From Chthoniobacterales bacterium (GTDB taxonomy: Bacteria > Verrucomicrobiota > Verrucomicrobiia > Chthoniobacterales > UBA6821): a stretch of DNA of 64,000 nucleotides. The DNA lies in contig DAISZK010000003.1 in the NCBI GenBank assembly GCA_036824855.1, positions 5,933-69,932 of the forward strand, in the 5' to 3' direction. This document shows positions 20,603-29,195 of this stretch, piece by piece. Both the position numbers and the translations under genes were made by a program. Numbering within the stretch: the stretch's first letter is position 1; each line of letters starts with the position of its first letter. Under the pieces are notes generated by a model. That model saw only the letters and a program-made list of their open reading frames with translations, was not told the origin of the DNA and made no database searches.

Positions 20603-21751
20603 ATGATTCGACCTAGCTGCCTCCTCTCTCTTCTAGCGATTACCCTTCTTGGAGTATCCCTTCAGGCGACTGATGCGCCAACCATCACCGTGCGAAAGAG
20701 TGATGCTCTGAATGTCGCCTTCACCGGGATCGGTGGTGGCGAGGGGGCTCTGGCTTCCAAGGTGGTTCAGAATGACTTGACGCTTGCAGGGTGGTTCGCT
20801 CTGGTCCAGCCCGGGATGGCTTCCTTCACGGTGAGTGGTGCTTACGCTGGAGGTGTGCTTCAGGGGAAGGTGGCCAAGGGAGGGGAAGTGGTCCTCTCAA
20901 AGAACTACAGCGGGAACCCGCGTCTCGCCGCTCACCAGTTCGTCGATGATATCGTGCAGACCTTAACCGGTCACAAAGGGATCGCCACCAGCACGATGGC
21001 CTTTGTCAGTAATTGGAGTGGAAGGAAGGAGATCTACCTTGCCGACTATGACGGTTCCAACGGGCGCCAGCTTACCCACGACAATGCATTGAGCGTTTCT
21101 CCCGCGCTCACACCCAATGGGCGTCGGATCGCCTACACCGGCTATCAGGCTGGCTATGCAGATATCTATGTCGTCGATCTTGGAACGGGTGCCCGTGTCC
21201 GGTTGGTCAAGTTTCCCGGAACCAATTCCGGGGCTCGCTTCTCACCCGATGGGAACCTTCTCGCTTGTACCATGAGCAAGGATGGCAATCCCGAGCTTTA
21301 TGTGGTCGGTATGGGAGGCGGAGCGCGCCGTCTCACGCACACCCGTGGTGCCGAGTCATCCCCTGCATGGTCTCCGGATGCTGCAGAGATTATTTACTCC
21401 TGTGATGAGACCGGTGCGCCACAACTCTACCGCATCTCTTCCAGCGGCGGTAGCGGGCGCCTTGTACCAACGGGTTTCGGATACTGCACCGAGCCGAGTT
21501 GGTCGCCCGACGGCCAGAGACTCGCCTTCAATGTCCGTTCCGGTGGAGGCTTCTCCATTGCCGTGATGGATCTGAATGGAGGAAGTGCGCGGATTGTCGC
21601 CCAAGGAGAGAATCCTGTCTGGGGGGCGGACTCACGCCACCTCATCTACAGCACCGGCGGTACTATCTCCTTGCTTGATGTGCCGACGGGAAAATCCGTT
21701 CCTGTGATCAGCGGGCTAGGAAAGGTCACAGAACCAACCTGGAGCAGATAG
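20603..21751 (+). CDS. tolB: TolB-like periplasmic beta-propeller protein
   Basis: 382-aa ORF with a signal peptide and repeated PD40/WD40-like blades (SPDGRRIAYT, FSPDGNLLAC, AWSPDAAEIIY, SWSPDGQRLAF). It is followed by a pal-like gene. Confidence 0.75.
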   Translation: MIRPSCLLSLLAITLLGVSLQATDAPTITVRKSDALNVAFTGIGGGEGALASKVVQNDLTLAGWFALVQPGMASFTVSGAYAGGVLQGKVAKGGEVVLSKNYSGNPRLAAHQFVDDIVQTLTGHKGIATSTMAFVSNWSGRKEIYLADYDGSNGRQLTHDNALSVSPALTPNGRRIAYTGYQAGYADIYVVDLGTGARVRLVKFPGTNSGARFSPDGNLLACTMSKDGNPELYVVGMGGGARRLTHTRGAESSPAWSPDAAEIIYSCDETGAPQLYRISSSGGSGRLVPTGFGYCTEPSWSPDGQRLAFNVRSGGGFSIAVMDLNGGSARIVAQGENPVWGADSRHLIYSTGGTISLLDVPTGKSVPVISGLGKVTEPTWSR

Positions 21752-21823
21752 GGCGACCGTGGGTGGTTCACTTTTACGCTTCCGGATCTTGATCTTTTGG
21801 CGCGTTTGACCCTCTATAGAGGA

Positions 21824-22324
21824 ATGCGAATTCACTCTTTTGCGATTCTTTCCGTCACCGCCCTCCTTGCGCTCTCCGGGTGCGCCAATAAAAAAAATAA
21901 ACAGTATGCCGGTGTCGATGGCGACTATGTGAGTGGCACTCCTCTGGGAGAGCGGGCCGATGGCGCGAATTTCATGGGTGCAAACGTGCAGCGCGGTCTC
22001 TATGCACCAGTCCAGTTCGCATACGACAGTTCCGCTGTTGCTCCCGATCAGGAGTCCAAGGTCTCTGCTGTCGCCGACGCTCTCAAGGGGAGCGGTAAGA
22101 CCGTGATTGTTGCCGGATTCACCGACGAGCGGGGCACTCAGGAATACAACCGGAGCCTGGGTGAAAAACGTGCCCTTGCCGTGCGCGAGGCGTTGATTGC
22201 TAAGGGACTCAAGGCCAACAATGTCCAGACCGTGAGCTTTGGCTCCGAAATGCCCGTCGATCCTGCAAGCAATGAAGCCGCCTGGGCGAAGAATCGTCGC
22301 GCCGAGTTTGGCATCGTGAAGTAA
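21824..22324 (+). CDS. pal: OmpA-family peptidoglycan-associated lipoprotein (Pal-like)
   Basis: The start is taken at MRIHSFAILSVTALLALSGC (lipobox LSGC). The C-terminal OmpA-like domain shows GFTDERGTQEYNRSLGEKRALAVREAL…NRRAEF. Confidence 0.8.
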   Translation: MRIHSFAILSVTALLALSGCANKKNKQYAGVDGDYVSGTPLGERADGANFMGANVQRGLYAPVQFAYDSSAVAPDQESKVSAVADALKGSGKTVIVAGFTDERGTQEYNRSLGEKRALAVREALIAKGLKANNVQTVSFGSEMPVDPASNEAAWAKNRRAEFGIVK

Positions 22325-22354
22325 CCCACTTGATCCACGCTTTTTTCGCCCAAG

Positions 22355-23539
22355 GTGCCTGTCCCACTTTTTGACCTGAGTCGTCTCGGAGCGCAGGTCG
22401 ATGATGCTGTCCGTGAGGCTGCCCTACGGGTGCTCGCTCATCGGGGTTATGTCCTTGGTGCGGAGGTTGAGGCATTCGAGAGCGAACTGACCACCTATCT
22501 TGGGGGTGGGCACGCTATCGGTATGTCCTCGGGAACGGATGCCCAACTGGCACTGCTGATGGCCATGGGAATTGGCTCTGGCGACGCCGTCATCTCGACT
22601 CCCTACACATTCTTTGCAACTGCAGGCTGTATCCATCGGACCGGGGCCGAGATCCTCTTTTGTGATATCGATCCGGCGACCTTCATGATGGATCCCGCGT
22701 GCCTGCGGACCTTGCTTTCCTCGTTCAAGAAGGATGCTGATGGTGTTCTTCGCTCCCCTAAGGGCAACAAAATCCGACTGATTGTTCCCATTCATCTTTT
22801 CGGGACTTGCTGCGATATGGATGGGATCGATGAAGTCGCAAAAGAATACGGAATCGAAATTCTCGAGGATGCCGCCCAGATTCTTGGAGCTAAATATCCC
22901 TCCAAAGATGGGGTGAAGACCGCCGGCCTGATGGCCCCGACTTCCTATGTCAGCTTCTATCCGAGCAAGAACCTGGGTGCTGCCGGGGATGCCGGTGTGG
23001 CTCTCTGTCTTGACGCCGACATGGCTGATAAACTCCGTCGCATCCGTAATCACGGTATGGAGCAGCGCTACTACCATAAGGTCGTTGGCGGGAACTTCCG
23101 TATTGATGCGATCCAGGCGGCTGTTCTCAGGGCAAAGCTTCCCTTTCTTGATGGATGGAATGCCACGCGCCGTTCCAATGCAGCGATCTACCGTGAGGCC
23201 TTCAGCGTGGCGGGCCTACTCGACCGGGTCACCCTTCCCTCCGAACCTTTTCACGGATCAGGCCTGCGTGATCATCATATCTATCACCAGTATGTGATCC
23301 GGTTGCCAAAGCGTGATGCCGTGATGGAACATCTCGCGGAACAGAAGATCGGCTGTGCCATCTACTATCCTGTGCCGCTGCATCTTCAGGAGTGCTTTGC
23401 TTATCTCGGTCATAAGCCCGGCGACTTCCCGGCTAGTGAGCAGGCGGCAATCGAGAGTCTAGCCCTTCCCATCTTCCCTGGCCTGCAACCTGAGGAGCAG
23501 CAGCAGGTTGTGGCTGCGATCAAGCAGGCGCTGAATTAA
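22355..23539 (+). CDS. DegT/DnrJ/EryC1/StrS-family PLP-dependent sugar aminotransferase
   Basis: 394-aa ORF with family blocks (GDAVISTPYTFFATA, the PLP-Lys region SFYPSKNLGAAGDAG, and NHG…YYH..VGGNFRIDAIQAAVL). Confidence 0.82.
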   Translation: MPVPLFDLSRLGAQVDDAVREAALRVLAHRGYVLGAEVEAFESELTTYLGGGHAIGMSSGTDAQLALLMAMGIGSGDAVISTPYTFFATAGCIHRTGAEILFCDIDPATFMMDPACLRTLLSSFKKDADGVLRSPKGNKIRLIVPIHLFGTCCDMDGIDEVAKEYGIEILEDAAQILGAKYPSKDGVKTAGLMAPTSYVSFYPSKNLGAAGDAGVALCLDADMADKLRRIRNHGMEQRYYHKVVGGNFRIDAIQAAVLRAKLPFLDGWNATRRSNAAIYREAFSVAGLLDRVTLPSEPFHGSGLRDHHIYHQYVIRLPKRDAVMEHLAEQKIGCAIYYPVPLHLQECFAYLGHKPGDFPASEQAAIESLALPIFPGLQPEEQQQVVAAIKQALN

Positions 23540-24252
23540 GAGGCTTGGGGATTCTCTCCGGAGATCTTGAGTGCTCCAATTAGGAGCGCCACTCCAGGAA
23601 TAACCAGTGAGAAAAGGTCACAGAGGGCATGGACCATCTCACCACGAATCAGAATATCCTCAGCTGATTTTCCCAACGGGAGGAGACGAAGGTATCCGAG
23701 CTCTGTCACAATCATGCCGAGGGCTATGCTTGTCACAGCAACAATCGAAACAGTCTTCACTCCTCTTTGTTTTTTAGAGGAGCCTATCAGAATTCCACCA
23801 AAGGGAAGTACGCAGAGCACGAATCCAATCAGCGTCATGATTTGAAAAAAAGGCCCAAGAACGGCCCATCCCAGAGCCGCCCAGCACAGGTTGCGAAAAC
23901 CTTTTTCTCTAATGTTGAGATGAAGTATTCCAAAACAGATAAAAATCAAAGGGAGACTTAGCGACCATGCGATGATCCGGTCTTCTCCGGCAAGCAGGTG
24001 GCCGGTGACGCAGTAAGAGGTCCCGGCGAGCTCAAAGGCCTCCTTCCATGCAAGCCAAACACCTGACTCGAAGCATGCGGCTCCCAGCAATGCCACACCG
24101 GAGAGAGCGAGGGGCAGGCGACAATCTCTTATAACCACGCTGAGGCAGAGAATCTGGAGAAGCGCCGTCATCCCTATCAGTGTCACCGCGATGCATAGAG
24201 TCATGTCGACCAGACGATAATCACCGATGGAGAGAGTTAGGAGTGATTCCAT
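23536..24252 (-). CDS. Hypothetical ~7-TM membrane protein (rhodopsin-like motifs, no Schiff-base Lys)
   Basis: 238-aa ORF with about seven hydrophobic segments. Helix 3 reads DRIIAWSLSLPLIF and the last helix reads ALCDLFSLVIPG. See the findings section. Confidence 0.5.
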   Translation of the reverse strand: MESLLTLSIGDYRLVDMTLCIAVTLIGMTALLQILCLSVVIRDCRLPLALSGVALLGAACFESGVWLAWKEAFELAGTSYCVTGHLLAGEDRIIAWSLSLPLIFICFGILHLNIREKGFRNLCWAALGWAVLGPFFQIMTLIGFVLCVLPFGGILIGSSKKQRGVKTVSIVAVTSIALGMIVTELGYLRLLPLGKSAEDILIRGEMVHALCDLFSLVIPGVALLIGALKISGENPQAS

Positions 24253-24306
24253 CGTGGCGTAAGGTACAGATTCTTAAAAATCAGGAGAACCAGAGGGGAG
24301 GGGCGA

Positions 24307-25305
24307 TCAAAGTTCGACAGTATCGCCGAACTCGACATTCAGATTCCTTGCGAGGCGGATGAGCTCGGGGGCGGGATGCTTTTTCTTTCCGATCACCTGA
24401 TCAAGGTCGATCAGTGTGGTGCGGCCTTTGGAAAGCGCCGTCATGCATCCTGTTTCCTGTTGGAGTAGTCCCATGACGGCAAGTTCTCCGAATCTGGCAC
24501 CAAGCATGCGGTCAAAGTGAGTCGGGATACCGCCCCGTTGGACATGGCCCAGAACACTTATCCGGACCTCCTGCTCGAATTCCCCTCCCGGAACGGCTTC
24601 CTGCATCCGCTCCATAAAGGTTGCGGCACCACAGACCCCTTCTGCAAGCATGACAATGGAATTGTCCCGGGCCTCCTGAAAGCGCTGGTGGAGAATGGAG
24701 ACGATTTTCTCCATATTGTAACGGAACTCGGGAATAACAGCTACGGTGGCGCCCGAACTGATGGCCGTGGTGAGGGCGAGGTAGCCGGAATTACGACCCA
24801 TCACCTCGATAAGAAAGCATCGGCGATGGGATCGTGCCGTGTCACGAATCCGGTCGACCAACTGCATGATCGTGTTGGTTGCGGTATCGACGCCGATGGC
24901 CATTTCCGTGCCGGAGAGGTCGTTGTCGATGCTGGCAGGTATACCGACCACTGGCATGCCTCGCCGTGCGAGTTCACGGGCTCCCGTCAGCGAACCATCT
25001 CCCCCGATGACCACCAGGCCATGGATGCCTAGTTCAGTGAGTCGAGACCTTGCGGCATCCACTCCCTCGGAGCTGTACATTCTCTTGCAGCGGCTCGACT
25101 GGAGAATGGTTCCTCCGCGGTCAATGATCGCAGCCAGGCTCCGGTTGCCAAGCTCCTCGACATCTCCGTCAAAAATCCCGTCATAGCCGTTGGAAATGCC
25201 GATGACGCGACAGTTTTGCTGGGACGCCGTTCGCGCAACCGCGCGAATGGCCGGATTCATTCCTGGAGCATCTCCACCCGAGGTTAATACGCCGATGGTT
25301 TTCAT
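24307..25305 (-). CDS. pfkA: 6-phosphofructokinase
   Basis: 332-aa ORF with MKTIGVLTSGGDAPGMNPAIRAV, the GGDGS block (VVIGGDGSLTGA), PASIDND and MGR. Confidence 0.9.
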   Translation of the reverse strand: MKTIGVLTSGGDAPGMNPAIRAVARTASQQNCRVIGISNGYDGIFDGDVEELGNRSLAAIIDRGGTILQSSRCKRMYSSEGVDAARSRLTELGIHGLVVIGGDGSLTGARELARRGMPVVGIPASIDNDLSGTEMAIGVDTATNTIMQLVDRIRDTARSHRRCFLIEVMGRNSGYLALTTAISSGATVAVIPEFRYNMEKIVSILHQRFQEARDNSIVMLAEGVCGAATFMERMQEAVPGGEFEQEVRISVLGHVQRGGIPTHFDRMLGARFGELAVMGLLQQETGCMTALSKGRTTLIDLDQVIGKKKHPAPELIRLARNLNVEFGDTVEL

Positions 25306-25437
25306 GGTTTTTAATGGGAAGCCACCGGGGGTCGTGACACTTCACGGATACCAGAACGGCGAAAAAATCAAAGGAGTGATAAAAATTTTGAACGGATATC
25401 ACAGGCGATTGTCAGATTCTACAGGTTAACAATGGGG

Positions 25438-25498
25438 GCGGGCCGCCTCGTTCCGGTTTCATGGTTTTTCCGGGACGAACTAGGCGGCCCGCTTTTTT
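25438..25498 (+). terminator. Orphan intrinsic-terminator-like hairpin (candidate sRNA 3' end or leader attenuator)
   Basis: An 11-bp GC stem (GCGGGCCGCCT at 25438-25448 pairing with AGGCGGCCCGC at 25482-25492) has inner pairing CCGG..CCGG and is followed by TTTTTT at 25493-25498. No plus-strand CDS ends upstream of it. Confidence 0.55.
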
Positions 25499-25611
25499 GT
25501 GCACGCTCTCAACCCTGCCAACACAACATTCCAAAGAGGCACTTGCCACCATGCCGTCACTCGGATAGCTCCTACGGGGTATTTCGGATTCCACTATCCA
25601 CCACCCACTCC

Positions 25612-26304
25612 ATGTCTGAGACAATTCTGGTAATTGAAGATGAAGAGGACGTTTCTGACCTAATCCGATATCATCTGAAAAAATCCAAGTTGCGGGTCAT
25701 CGTGGCCGCTGATGGTCTGGAGGGACTGACCATGGCGACGGAGGAGCGCCCGGATGCGATCATTCTCGATATCATGCTTCCTCGACTCAATGGATTCGAA
25801 GTTGCCAAGAAATTAAAAGCGAATGACAGGACAGCAACAATTCCGCTTCTGATCCTTAGCGCCAAGGGCGAGGCGGATAGCCGGATCAAGGGGCTCGAAT
25901 TGGGAGCCGATGATTATCTTCCCAAGCCATTTAGTCCGAGGGAACTCCTTCTCAGAATCCAATCCCTCTTGAAAAGGGCGCGTCCCACCGTGGTATCAGA
26001 ATCGACTTCTTCGGGACCATTTGTTTTGGATCGTACTTCCTTAAAGGTGACCCTTGATGGCCAGCGAATCGAGCTGACTTCGACGGAATTCAAACTGCTC
26101 TCCTTGCTCATAGGAAAGGGAGGCGCAATCCAATCGCGTGAGGAGTTGCTTCATGAGGTCTGGGGATATCGCAGCACGGTCGATACCCGCACGGTCGATA
26201 CCCACATGCGCCGCCTCCGTGAAAAACTGGGCACTCATGCCGCCTATTTGGAGACGGTCCGGGGTGAGGGGTATCGTTTCATGGCACCGACATCACTGAA
26301 CTGA
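25612..26304 (+). CDS. OmpR/PhoB-family response regulator
   Basis: The start is trimmed to MSETILVIEDEEDV. The REC domain carries a phospho-acceptor in IILDIMLP. The winged-helix output reads TVDTHMRRLREKLG…ETVRGEGYRF. Its stop overlaps the kinase start (TGATG). Confidence 0.88.
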   Translation: MSETILVIEDEEDVSDLIRYHLKKSKLRVIVAADGLEGLTMATEERPDAIILDIMLPRLNGFEVAKKLKANDRTATIPLLILSAKGEADSRIKGLELGADDYLPKPFSPRELLLRIQSLLKRARPTVVSESTSSGPFVLDRTSLKVTLDGQRIELTSTEFKLLSLLIGKGGAIQSREELLHEVWGYRSTVDTRTVDTHMRRLREKLGTHAAYLETVRGEGYRFMAPTSLN

Positions 26305-27584
26305 TGAAGGAAGCCCTTCTTTGGGGTGCCGGTTTTGTGCTCGCCGGTTGTTTCCTCTGGTGGATCGTTTTTTCCATTGTTCTCCCGGCGGGGGAGCTCT
26401 TGGAGGTTCTCAAGAGGATAGCCGGTGGTGATTTTCGTCCGGTGATTCTGAGTGGATTACCTAGAATTTTCAGGCAGCATGCGGGTGAGTTACGAGTCAT
26501 TGCGGAGACGCTTGCTCGTCAAAAAAGCCTTCTTGCCGAGGAAGAAATCAGCATTTCCGTCATTCTGGAAAGCATGACGGAAGGAGTGGTTATCACCGGG
26601 GGAGATCTGCGTATTCGCCTGGTGAACAAAGCCGCAGTCGCAATGTTCAATCTTCGTGGCGATGTGAAGGGGCTCCTACTGCCCGAGGTCTTCATGGGTC
26701 ATGAACTCCAGGGGGTGGCTCAGCGTGCAGCTAGCACCGGTGAAGTGCAACGAGGGGAACTAACCCTCGGCATTCCTGGAAGAAGCGAACGCTGTCATTT
26801 GGTGGTGACTGCCGCAACGTTCAATGTGCCAGATACGGAGTCCTCCAGCGGATGCCTCATGGTGATGCACGACGTGACAAGGCTTCGTGAACTGGAGTCG
26901 GTGAGAAGGGAATTTGTGGCCAATGTTTCTCACGAGTTCCGCACTCCCTTATCGATCATTAACGGCTACTTGGAGACCCTTCAGGAGGGAGGAGTAGGTC
27001 GCGAGATGATGCGCAAATCGATCACGGTGATGCGCCGACATGCCGACAGGCTGAACCATTTGATTGAGGATCTTCTCACCATCAGCCGCATGGAGGAGAA
27101 GCGGGGGAGCCTCGAAACCATTCCAACGAATGTGGGGGTGCTCCTGACGAATGTGATCGAGCATTTGGAGAGCGAAGTAAAGGAGCGCGGCGCCCGTGTC
27201 AGACTGGAGGTTCCTTCGGGACTCCCTGCTGTCGAGGTTGACGGATACAGGATCGAACAAGCCTTCTCAAATCTTCTGGTCAACGCGCTTCGCCATGGCG
27301 TTCCTCAGGAAGGTGGCGGGGGAGATGTCGTGATCAGCGCCTCGCTTCAGGGTCCTGAGATGGCGATCAGTTTCCGGGATTATGGTCCCGGTATTCCGAT
27401 CCACGATCAGGAGCATATTTTCGAGCGTTTTTACCGCGTCGGAGGAGATCGTGCCCGTCACACGGGAGGCACCGGCTTGGGTTTGTCGATCGTGAAAAAT
27501 GTGGTCCAGGCTCATGGAGGGCGTGTGGCACTGGAAAGTCGCCCCGGTGAGGGCTCCATCTTCACGATATTTCTGCCGGTGTAG
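26304..27584 (+). CDS. Sensor histidine kinase (HAMP-PAS-HisKA-HATPase; PhoR-like)
   Basis: 426-aa ORF with an N-terminal TM, H-box FVANVSHEFRTPL, N box LLVNALRHG, and G boxes DYGPGIP and GGTGLGLSIV. Confidence 0.88.
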   Translation: MKEALLWGAGFVLAGCFLWWIVFSIVLPAGELLEVLKRIAGGDFRPVILSGLPRIFRQHAGELRVIAETLARQKSLLAEEEISISVILESMTEGVVITGGDLRIRLVNKAAVAMFNLRGDVKGLLLPEVFMGHELQGVAQRAASTGEVQRGELTLGIPGRSERCHLVVTAATFNVPDTESSSGCLMVMHDVTRLRELESVRREFVANVSHEFRTPLSIINGYLETLQEGGVGREMMRKSITVMRRHADRLNHLIEDLLTISRMEEKRGSLETIPTNVGVLLTNVIEHLESEVKERGARVRLEVPSGLPAVEVDGYRIEQAFSNLLVNALRHGVPQEGGGGDVVISASLQGPEMAISFRDYGPGIPIHDQEHIFERFYRVGGDRARHTGGTGLGLSIVKNVVQAHGGRVALESRPGEGSIFTIFLPV

Positions 27585-27602
27585 GAATTTTAGGTTGCTG
27601 AA

Positions 27603-28592
27603 TTAAAGCATGGGAAGAGGCGTCTCCTCCGGAATCTCCCGCAGGTGCCCTTCGATAATCCTGTCGAGTTCCATCAGGGAGCCAACCATCGAAAGGCTGG
27701 CACGAAGCGGACGGGCCGCTGGCATTCCCCGCGTGTAGGCCATCAGACGAGAGCGCATCCCCTGCATCGCAAATCGTTCACTTTCTTTGGCGGCAATTTC
27801 TTGGGCACAATGCATGCGCACGAGTTCCCACTTCATCTCCAGCGACGGAGGTGTGTAGGGAATTCCTTTGAGGGCCGCTTTCACTTCGGTAAAAATCCAA
27901 GGATTGGTCATCGCTGCTCGTCCGATCATGAGCCCCGAGACACCTGTTCTCAGACGATTTAGTGCCGTTGTACCATCTCCGATGTCTCCATTGCCGATGA
28001 CTGGAACCGTGACTGCAGAGGCGACGGAGGCGATCACTTCCCAATCCGCTTCGCCCGAGTACCCCTGAGCCTTTGTGCGGCCATGGACAGCGATGCGCTG
28101 AATCCCGGCTCCCTCAAGGAGTCGAGCGGTCTGCACGGCATTAATCGAGTTGGCATCCCAACCGATACGGATCTTCGCGGTGACAGGAAGTGGAGCACAG
28201 GCTCGCACGACGGCTTCAGCAACCCTTTCCAGCAAGGGGCAGTCGCGAAGAAGCGAGGAGCCTCCGTTTCGGCAGACCACCTTGGTTGCGGGGCAGCCGA
28301 AGTTGATATCGATAAAGTCCGGATTCACCCAGTCGATGACTTGCCGGGCCGCCTCTGCTAGTCGATCAGGGTCGGCTCCAAAGAGTTGCACCCCCATGGG
28401 TCGCTCCATCGGTGTGAACTCCACATATCCTCGCGTGCGGGCATTCCGATGCATGATGCCATCCGCGGAGACAAATTCCGTGGTCAGAATATCGGCTCCC
28501 TTCTCCTTGCAGATGGTACGGAAAATCGAATTCGTCACTCCGGCCATGGGGGCCAGGAAGAGCGGAAGGGAGCCCTTCTCCATAAAAACCAA
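27603..28592 (-). CDS. dusB: tRNA-dihydrouridine synthase
   Basis: 329-aa ORF with LFLAPMAGVTNSIFR, DINFGCP and the TIM-barrel FMN blocks (VTAKIRIGWD, IAVHGRT…Y.G.ADW). The start could be the internal MEKGS. Confidence 0.88.
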   Translation of the reverse strand: MVFMEKGSLPLFLAPMAGVTNSIFRTICKEKGADILTTEFVSADGIMHRNARTRGYVEFTPMERPMGVQLFGADPDRLAEAARQVIDWVNPDFIDINFGCPATKVVCRNGGSSLLRDCPLLERVAEAVVRACAPLPVTAKIRIGWDANSINAVQTARLLEGAGIQRIAVHGRTKAQGYSGEADWEVIASVASAVTVPVIGNGDIGDGTTALNRLRTGVSGLMIGRAAMTNPWIFTEVKAALKGIPYTPPSLEMKWELVRMHCAQEIAAKESERFAMQGMRSRLMAYTRGMPAARPLRASLSMVGSLMELDRIIEGHLREIPEETPLPML

Positions 28593-28601
28593 GAATGATA
28601 T

Positions 28602-29171
28602 CTAAGCCGCTTCCGTCGGAGACGAGAGAGACGCAGGCTCTGCAGACGCTTCCTGATGCGGAGTTGTTGCTGGTGCGGAGAGACCCGAAAGGAGCGCCGA
28701 GACCTCTTCTTGGACGGCAACCAAATCCGAGAGGGAAAGATTAGGGTCGGTGATGATGAATGTTTCACCTGTCCCTGCCCGCTCATAGATCAACGTGCTT
28801 TTGTCTGGGGAGGGTTGAGGCCTCAGGACCCGTTTGCGTTCCAGCATCACGGCAAGGAGATATCGGGTATTCGTGTGGGCGGGATCGTTGCTTTCGATCA
28901 ACCTGCGCAGCATCCCTTCGGCATCGTCCCGGGGCAGCGGTTCCGGTGGGGGAGGTGCGGGTGGTTCATATTTTGAGCGCCATGCCGAGAACGGAAGCTC
29001 GGCGCCCGGATCAAGCGATCGGGCCTTCCATGCCTCCTCGCAGAGATCACTGCGGCGGAATCCATCACCATCCACAAAAAGGGCCGTGTGGAAAACTTCC
29101 CCCTCAGTGAAGGGGTGTCCCGTGGCACCACATGCCTCGGCGCGCGCCTTGATGTTCCAGTCCTGCTGCAT
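28602..29171 (-). CDS. Hypothetical protein
   Basis: 189-aa ORF ending 9 nt upstream of dusB on the same strand. It has a Pro-rich linker (YEPPAPPPPEPLP) and no recognised domain. Confidence 0.45.
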   Translation of the reverse strand: MQQDWNIKARAEACGATGHPFTEGEVFHTALFVDGDGFRRSDLCEEAWKARSLDPGAELPFSAWRSKYEPPAPPPPEPLPRDDAEGMLRRLIESNDPAHTNTRYLLAVMLERKRVLRPQPSPDKSTLIYERAGTGETFIITDPNLSLSDLVAVQEEVSALLSGLSAPATTPHQEASAEPASLSSPTEAA

Positions 29172-29195
29172 GAATCGTATGATTTTAGGCCAAGA

